A program made the translations under genes and the position numbers. 32,596 nucleotides of DNA from Bacillota bacterium. Lineage in GTDB: Bacteria > Bacillota > Clostridia > Christensenellales > JAEXRW01. The notes below the pieces were generated by a model. The model was not told where the DNA came from, did not search any database, and saw nothing but the letters and a program-made list of their open reading frames with translations. The stretch spans positions 1-32,596 of the forward strand of contig JAUYED010000073.1 in assembly GCA_030691525.1 (NCBI GenBank), read 5' to 3'. Below are positions 27,880-32,596 of this stretch, piece by piece. Position 1 is the first letter of the stretch. Each line of letters opens with the position of its first letter.

Positions 27880-28627
27880 CTTTCACCAACTCCGTAAACC
27901 TTTGCCTGACTTCGCCCGTCCTGCCGCAGGTCATTTTCCCTTCATGGCATGTCCCGCTTATGCAGCCCGGACCTGCCAGCGAAAATATCTTCGGGGCGCG
28001 CCCCATGCACAGCCGCAGCATCTCCCAAGCCAATGCCCGGATCTCCCACTGCGCCCTGTTGCAGCACCTCAGGCGGAAAAAGTGAAGCAGCTCCCTTGCG
28101 TTCATAGTGAGGATCAGCTTGGTCTCGCAGGCGTTGGGGAGGACGAAGCGTGCGTCTTCATTCGCCTTTTCACCGTTTTTCGCACAGGTGCCGAGCTTAT
28201 CCGCCCAGCCATTATACCATTTCTGCACCTGTGCCATCTGCCGCCTGAATTCCTCTTCGGCAGCAGCGCCAAGCGCCTTAATGGAAGGAGGTACGATGTA
28301 GTTGAACGTTCCTTCTTCGCGCGCCTGTCCCACATATCTTTGAGATTGGACGGAATACGACGCCAGCCGGTGCCTCGTCAGCTGCGCCAATAAGCTGCGC
28401 GACACCCCCTCCACCCCGAATGTGAAGCTCGCATGCTCAATGGGCGAGAGATGCCCCATCTCTATGAGCTTTTCGACGTATGCCGCCTGGTCTTTCCCGT
28501 GCACCCCGCGGATAAGCTCGTCCAGAGTAGCTGGGGAATAGCAGAGCTTGCCGCCCAGCGCGACGATCTCGTCGGGGTTTTCGGTGCAACGCAGCAGCGC
28601 TATCTTCAGTGCAACCTCGGGCATCAT
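27869..28627 (-). CDS. thyX: flavin-dependent thymidylate synthase ThyX
   Basis: Carries the ThyX signature RHRLASYSVQSQRY. There are two adjacent ATGs at 28627 and 28624, after AAGGAG. Confidence 0.88.
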   Translation of the reverse strand: MMPEVALKIALLRCTENPDEIVALGGKLCYSPATLDELIRGVHGKDQAAYVEKLIEMGHLSPIEHASFTFGVEGVSRSLLAQLTRHRLASYSVQSQRYVGQAREEGTFNYIVPPSIKALGAAAEEEFRRQMAQVQKWYNGWADKLGTCAKNGEKANEDARFVLPNACETKLILTMNARELLHFFRLRCCNRAQWEIRALAWEMLRLCMGRAPKIFSLAGPGCISGTCHEGKMTCGRTGEVRQRFTELVKGAI

Positions 28628-28837
28628 TCTTCTCCTTTATTAACCTTCCTCTTAGTATCTTACCCTGTTCATCCGGAATCACAAGATAAAGGTGTTTCAA
28701 GCTGACGTGCATGCCGGAAGTATTGAATAGATTTATCGTACCGCACATGTCCTCAAATGTCATCTTCTTTTTGCCTGAGCAGCAAAGTTCCTTTTCCTAT
28801 TTATTTTTTGAATACACAATCCGAATAATTAATCCGA

Positions 28838-29308
28838 TTATCCATCCTGAAACCTGCTTGCGGCGTCGAGCAGTTCATAAAGACGGTCCCGCCTGGCTGT
28901 GAGATAAAGAAAGCCCAGCAGCGCTTCAAAACCGGTTGCCGAGCGGTACTCCCCCACTTCGGCGTGTTTGGGAACGTTGGCGCTTTTGGCGTTCCTGCCG
29001 CGCAGGTATATGCGTTTTTCTTCCGCCGAAAGCTGCGGCATCAGTTCCAGCGCCGCCTTGGCCTGGGCCTGTGCGCGGACCTGCTCGCACGTATCAAGAT
29101 GCATGTCCCTCGCTCTGCCGCCCGTCTGCGCCAGGCGAGTGCGCACATAAAGGTTGTGCACGGCGTCCCCCACGAATGCAAGCGCCAAAGGGCTGAGTTC
29201 TGAAACCTTTGCTGTATTTTCAGATGCGAAACCAAAGAGAATGTCGTTTCGGGATGCGGCCTGCCTGCCGTTACCGCCCGTGGGGTCTTTTCCTTTATCC
29301 GCAGCCAT
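28838..29308 (-). CDS. mrnC: mini-ribonuclease 3 (Mini-III)
   Basis: Has the RNase III signature LALAFVGDAVHNLYVR and TGFEALLGFLYL. It lies upstream of thyX-rlmB-sigH. It has a Gly/Lys-rich N-terminal extension of about 25 aa. Confidence 0.8.
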   Translation of the reverse strand: MAADKGKDPTGGNGRQAASRNDILFGFASENTAKVSELSPLALAFVGDAVHNLYVRTRLAQTGGRARDMHLDTCEQVRAQAQAKAALELMPQLSAEEKRIYLRGRNAKSANVPKHAEVGEYRSATGFEALLGFLYLTARRDRLYELLDAASRFQDG

Positions 29309-29359
29309 AGGGTATTGCCTTCTTTCGAGTGGGAAAAGTCATATGTTTCAACTTGATAT

Positions 29360-29388
29360 ATTATACCAGCGATGGGCTGCAGATTCAA
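29360..29388 (-). promoter_or_regulatory. extended -10 sigma-A promoter for mrnC-thyX-rlmB-sigH
   Basis: Minus strand: TTGAAT (29388-29383), a 17-nt spacer ending in TGG, then a perfect TATAAT (29365-29360). The -35 overlaps the cwlD-like stop codon. Confidence 0.6.
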
Positions 29389-30095
29389 TCGCCGCCGATC
29401 TGGTCGAAATAATCATATACGCCTTTTGCAATGAGCCGGGCGATCTTCGTGCGGTATTCGCTGTTTATCAAAAGCTGTTCCTCCTCGTGATTGGACAGAA
29501 AGCCGCATTCCACTATGATGCAGGGTTTTTCCCCCGCGCGCAAAACGAAGTAGTTCTCCGCCAGTGCCCTCCTTCTCCCGCCTGTGCCCCTATTGAGCGC
29601 ATCCTGCACAGCCACCGCGGCCTTTTGCCCCAGCTCGCTTCCCTTCATATAGAAGACGGCAGGGCCCTTGCAGCCGGAGTCGGGGTAAAAGTTCATATGG
29701 ATGCTCAGTACAAGATCGGAGGAGGCGTTGGTGATGATGGTACGCCGGCGGTTCATGTCTTCCGTCTTTGTCGAACCCAGCGCGTTCTCGTCCTCCCGTG
29801 TCATGATGACGGTCATGCCCGCCTGCTCCAGCTCGGCCTTCAGCTTTTGAGCTACATCTAAGTTTAGGCCGTCTTCGTGCACTTTGGTGGCCCTTCCGCA
29901 CGCCCCTCCGTCAAAGCCGCCGTGGCCTGCATCAATCACAACGGTGAATGAATACACGCGGCCCGGGACAGACCTCCCCGCCGCCTCCCAGTCCACCGTC
30001 CCCAGCACCACGCCTGTTGCGATAAGGACTGTTGTCAATGCCGCGGCACCGATCAGGAAAATGGCTTTTTTCCTTGCGATGATGAAAAATCTCAC
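29385..30095 (-). CDS. cwlD: N-acetylmuramoyl-L-alanine amidase, CwlD-like (Amidase_3)
   Basis: Has one N-terminal TM helix followed by VVIDAGHGGFDGGA, SIHMN and ECGFLSN zinc-amidase motifs. Its size (236 aa) and architecture match the germination-specific CwlD. The GTG start lies 9 nt after AAGGGGG. Confidence 0.75.
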   Translation of the reverse strand: MRFFIIARKKAIFLIGAAALTTVLIATGVVLGTVDWEAAGRSVPGRVYSFTVVIDAGHGGFDGGACGRATKVHEDGLNLDVAQKLKAELEQAGMTVIMTREDENALGSTKTEDMNRRRTIITNASSDLVLSIHMNFYPDSGCKGPAVFYMKGSELGQKAAVAVQDALNRGTGGRRRALAENYFVLRAGEKPCIIVECGFLSNHEEEQLLINSEYRTKIARLIAKGVYDYFDQIGGD

Positions 30096-30234
30096 CCGGG
30101 CCCGCCCCCTTTTATAGACAAAAAAACACTAAATGCCCATATAAAAGGTATTCGCCCTGACAGTTTTTTACCACTCCCTGTTTTTGCAGCCAATATTGCA
30201 TTTGGCATACGCAACCCGATATTTTTAATTTTTT

Positions 30235-30405
30235 TTATGCACACCTGCAGCGCATAATTATTTGTCGAAATGGGTCTTTTTCCAATGTAAACTCTTCCAA
30301 AGAGGCGAGTTGTACACATTATCCACAGAGTTATACACAAAAAACTGCCTCGGCCCTTTTCAGGCGAGGCAGTTATCCACAGTCTATGCAGCGCTGTTAT
30401 ACAAT
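30235..30405 (+). promoter_or_regulatory. cluster of co-oriented DnaA boxes
   Basis: Plus-strand 9-mers are: TTATGCACA 30235-30243; TTGTACACA 30310-30318; TTATCCACA 30319-30327 (perfect); TTATACACA 30331-30339; TTATCCACA 30373-30381 (perfect); and a weaker TTATACAAT 30397-30405. A 20-nt pure A/T tract at 30219-30238 abuts the first box. Confidence 0.65.
30339..30372 (-). terminator. intrinsic terminator embedded in the DnaA-box cluster
   Basis: Minus strand: CTGCCTCG-(loop)-CGAGGCAG, a perfect 8-bp stem extendable by A-T pairs. TTTTTTG follows immediately. It lies about 150 nt downstream of the tsaD stop. Confidence 0.65.
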
Positions 30406-30522
30406 ATTGTTTCAAGTAGTTTTATACGAGAATGTATCTTTGATGCATAGTGAAAAACCATTAATATACATTCATGTATACGCCGGTGAAGGATTGGTTC
30501 AATCGTCTTTCATGGGCGCACA

Positions 30523-31593
30523 TCAGTTCAGGCCGAGCGATGGATTAGCATCCAGATCCAGTCCTGAAACCGCCCCTCGAAGCAGCATGAGATGCCCCGC
30601 ACAGCCGATCATGGCGGCATTGTCCCCGCAGTATTCGGGCGCGGGAAAGTAGACTTTTGCCCCCGTTTCGGCAGCCCGGCGCCGTACTGCATCCCTCAGA
30701 GCGCCGTTGGCCGATACGCCTCCGCACACCGCGAGTTTGTCCATGCCGCTTTTGCAGAGCGCCAGAAAGGTCTTTTCAACCAGCGTTTCCACCACGGCCG
30801 CCTGGAAGGAAGCGGCAACGTCTGCAGCATTGACTTTCTGCCCTTTCTCCCTGGCTTTGTGCAGCATATTGATGACCGCAGTCTTCAGGCCTGAAAAAGT
30901 CAGGTCATACCCCTGCTCGTTTTTCATCCCTCTTGGGAAAGGGTACGCATCCGGGTCTCCCCGGCTGGCCAGTTTCTCAAGGTTTGGGCCTCCGGGATAA
31001 GGTACGCCAAGCAGCCGCCCGATCTTGTCGAACGCTTCGCCCGCCGCGTCGTCCCGGGTACGCCCCAGCACTTTCAGCTCATCATAGCCCTCGACCAGTA
31101 CGATATGGCTGTGGCCGCCCGAAACGATGAGGCATAAAAAAGGCGGCTTGAGCCGGGGATGGGTGATATAATTCGAGCAGATATGCCCTTCGATATGGTT
31201 GACGCCGAGAAGCGGAAGCGACTTTGCCAGCGCGATGCCCTTGGCATAGGAGACGCCCACTAAAAGCGCGCCCACCAGACCCGGGCCGCATGTGACTGCC
31301 ACCGCGTCTATGCTGTCGAACTCTTCTCCCGCCTCGCAGAGCGCGGCATCCACGACCTTAGAGAGTACAAGCCCGTGCTGGCGCGAAGCCACCTCAGGCA
31401 CCACGCCGCCGTATTTGCTGTGTATGGCGATCTGTGAATTGACGATACTGGAAAGCACTTTCCTGCCGCCGCGCACTACCGCAGCCGCCGTTTCGTCGCA
31501 GGATGTTTCGATGGCCAGGATCTTTACCTTGCGTGCATCCTTGTTTCTGATTTCTTTAAGTTTATTTTCAAGCGACTTGGAATAATCCATCAT
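30523..31593 (-). CDS. tsaD: tRNA N6-adenosine threonylcarbamoyltransferase TsaD
   Basis: Contains ILAIETSCDETAAAVV...GGVVPEVASRQH...HIEGH...GGVSAN. There are two adjacent ATGs at 31593 and 31590. The N-terminus is about 20 aa longer than the usual family start. Confidence 0.9.
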   Translation of the reverse strand: MMDYSKSLENKLKEIRNKDARKVKILAIETSCDETAAAVVRGGRKVLSSIVNSQIAIHSKYGGVVPEVASRQHGLVLSKVVDAALCEAGEEFDSIDAVAVTCGPGLVGALLVGVSYAKGIALAKSLPLLGVNHIEGHICSNYITHPRLKPPFLCLIVSGGHSHIVLVEGYDELKVLGRTRDDAAGEAFDKIGRLLGVPYPGGPNLEKLASRGDPDAYPFPRGMKNEQGYDLTFSGLKTAVINMLHKAREKGQKVNAADVAASFQAAVVETLVEKTFLALCKSGMDKLAVCGGVSANGALRDAVRRRAAETGAKVYFPAPEYCGDNAAMIGCAGHLMLLRGAVSGLDLDANPSLGLN

Positions 31594-31626
31594 TCACTCC
31601 GAAGCTTTTTTAATTTAGATATGATT

Positions 31627-32358
31627 TCAACTTTCCTGTTTAACGGAGGTCTGCCTCCGTTTTTTCTTTTCCTGCGCTTTCGCGATGCAAAGGTAAACTG
31701 CAGAGCCCGCGGCCACCGCTCCGGCAACGCCCGCCGCAACGGCTGTGATCTGCGCTACTAATGCGGAAAAGAGCTCCTGCGGGAACATGCGTATCATAGT
31801 GTCCGTGGCGGGGTCAAGCTGCCAGAGCTGGTTGGTAAAGAGGACATTGTGGAAAGCCGTCCAAAAGCCATTGAAGTCAGCCGCAGCCCAGATGCTTAGC
31901 GCCCCGATAAATGCGGCAAAGGCGCCTGTTGCGATAAGGAAGGAGGCAGCCAGCCGCTTCAGCGTCTTTTTTGCCGAGAGGAAGATGCCGAAGGCCAGCA
32001 AAACGGTGGCTATTATAACGGCTGCATTGCGTATATCCATCGCACGGTCATAGAGGAAGCGGACGTCCGCCATATGCGCTTTTTCTTTTTCATTGAAGAT
32101 GCTCTGCACCTTCCCGTCGAGCTCGCCCTGAACGTCTATCTGCTGCTTGCTTCCCAAGGTATATTCGAGCAGGTCTTTCACCGCATTTTGATAGTCCTGT
32201 TCCGAAAGGCGGGAATAAGACTGCAAGCCCAGTTTTTCATACTGGTCCTTGTAAAACGCCTGGTCAAAGACGCATATCTGCACGGCTGTCAGCATCCAAG
32301 CCAGTATCAGGAGAAGGCATCCTGTTATCATGCCGGAATAGACAAACACCTTTTTCAT
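31627..32358 (-). CDS. integral membrane protein, possibly TIGR01906/DUF1461 (Lit-like) family
   Basis: 243 aa, with an N-terminal TM helix, a soluble middle region, three C-terminal TM helices and the motif FHNVLFTNQLWQLDPATDTMIRMFPQELF. It is 33 nt upstream of tsaD. The family call is from memory only. Confidence 0.6.
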   Translation of the reverse strand: MKKVFVYSGMITGCLLLILAWMLTAVQICVFDQAFYKDQYEKLGLQSYSRLSEQDYQNAVKDLLEYTLGSKQQIDVQGELDGKVQSIFNEKEKAHMADVRFLYDRAMDIRNAAVIIATVLLAFGIFLSAKKTLKRLAASFLIATGAFAAFIGALSIWAAADFNGFWTAFHNVLFTNQLWQLDPATDTMIRMFPQELFSALVAQITAVAAGVAGAVAAGSAVYLCIAKAQEKKKRRQTSVKQES

Positions 32359-32394
32359 GACCTATGCACCTGCGCTTTATATATTTTCAATTTG

Positions 32395-32424
32395 ATTTTA
32401 CATCTTTTTCCCTATATTGAGCAA
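32395..32424 (-). promoter_or_regulatory. weak candidate promoter for the membrane protein-tsaD unit
   Basis: Minus strand: TTGCTC (32424-32419), an 18-nt spacer, then TAAAAT (32400-32395). It lies about 37 nt upstream of the ATG at 32358. Confidence 0.25.
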
Positions 32425-32596
32425 TAAAAAATAGAACTTGAGGCATTTCGAAGTCCCGGATTGTAAATTATACGTTGTAAATTGCATAGCGACGCGGCAA
32501 TCTCCCCCTGCCGCTTTATAACCGCTCTATAACTTCTCCTATGCTCCAACCTTCAATTTGTAAGAACAACACTCCGATGGGTATCGGTGAATTATT

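Noticed and set aside
28437-28763. A 108-aa minus-strand ORF starting in the mrnC-thyX spacer and overlapping thyX out of frame.
   Set aside because: The Arg-rich out-of-frame overlap with a well-supported thyX indicates an artefact. I also found no convincing riboswitch or promoter in the 210-nt spacer.
28818-28837. A direct repeat, AATCCGA-N6-AATCCGA, immediately after the mrnC stop.
   Set aside because: A 7-bp repeat is too short to mean anything without conservation data.
30092-30415. A 107-codon minus-strand open frame spanning the whole tsaD/cwlD spacer and ending in a GTGA overlap with the cwlD start.
   Set aside because: Such a long open frame in an A/T-rich spacer is surprising. 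However, it has a TTG start without an SD, it runs straight through a strong intrinsic terminator and the DnaA boxes, and the Cys/Ile-rich product has no recognisable domain. I treat it as non-coding unless expression data say otherwise.
32461-32483. A direct repeat, TTGTAAATT-N5-TTGTAAATT, upstream of the membrane-protein gene.
   Set aside because: It is only two short A/T-rich copies in an A/T-rich spacer. It could be a regulator site, but chance is equally plausible.
32516-32596. A possible 3' end of another minus-strand gene at the right edge (26 open codons, ...PIGVLFLQIEGWSIGEVIERL, then TAA), followed by a GCGGCA/TGCCGC hairpin.
   Set aside because: It is too short to identify or to distinguish from chance, and the hairpin has no U-tract. 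I do not report it as a feature.
1-32596. A whole-window scan for CRISPR repeats, IS or transposase ends, integrases, rRNA, and toxin-antitoxin or defence genes.
   Set aside because: I found none. Every sizeable ORF with coding signals belongs to a conserved housekeeping family, and all are co-oriented.

Overview
The window is a conserved housekeeping locus from a Bacillota, probably a spore-forming Clostridia-type genome (sigH and a cwlD-like amidase are present). Every gene I can support is on the minus strand.

Gene order, read in the direction of transcription (high to low coordinates):
- a membrane protein and tsaD
- a cwlD-like amidase
- mrnC-thyX-rlmB-sigH
- tRNA-Gly(CCC) and tuf
- the complete S10-spc-alpha ribosomal protein cluster, rpsJ through rplQ, including secY, adk, map, a small KOW protein, infA and rpoA
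- ecfA1-ecfA2-ecfT-truA
- rplM-rpsI
- trxB
- glmM and glmS; glmS runs off the left edge.

Four genes are missing from the supplied ORF track and were found by reading the sequence: glmS (3'-truncated by the window edge), rpmJ (37 aa), rpmD (59 aa) and the tRNA. Many track ORFs are over-extended at the 5' end, so I re-set their starts using Shine-Dalgarno spacing and family N-termini. I see no CRISPR array, mobile element, rRNA or defence/toxin system, so most of the window is ordinary core genome.

Observations worth a second look, in order of interest:
1. rpsQ carries three extra in-frame 69-bp tandem repeats that duplicate the N-terminal segment of S17, giving 157 aa instead of about 86.
2. 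A co-oriented DnaA-box cluster brackets a terminator hairpin in the 427-bp tsaD/cwlD spacer.
3. sigH-tRNA-Gly-tuf abuts rpsJ directly. The rpmG-secE-nusG-rplKAJL-rpoBC-rpsLG-fusA block is absent, consistent with recombination or assembly collapse between two tuf copies.
4. The 478-nt tuf-rpsJ spacer is highly structured.
5. Smaller protein-level oddities: a long L17, a Cys4 L24, a KOW protein, and several TTG/GTG starts.
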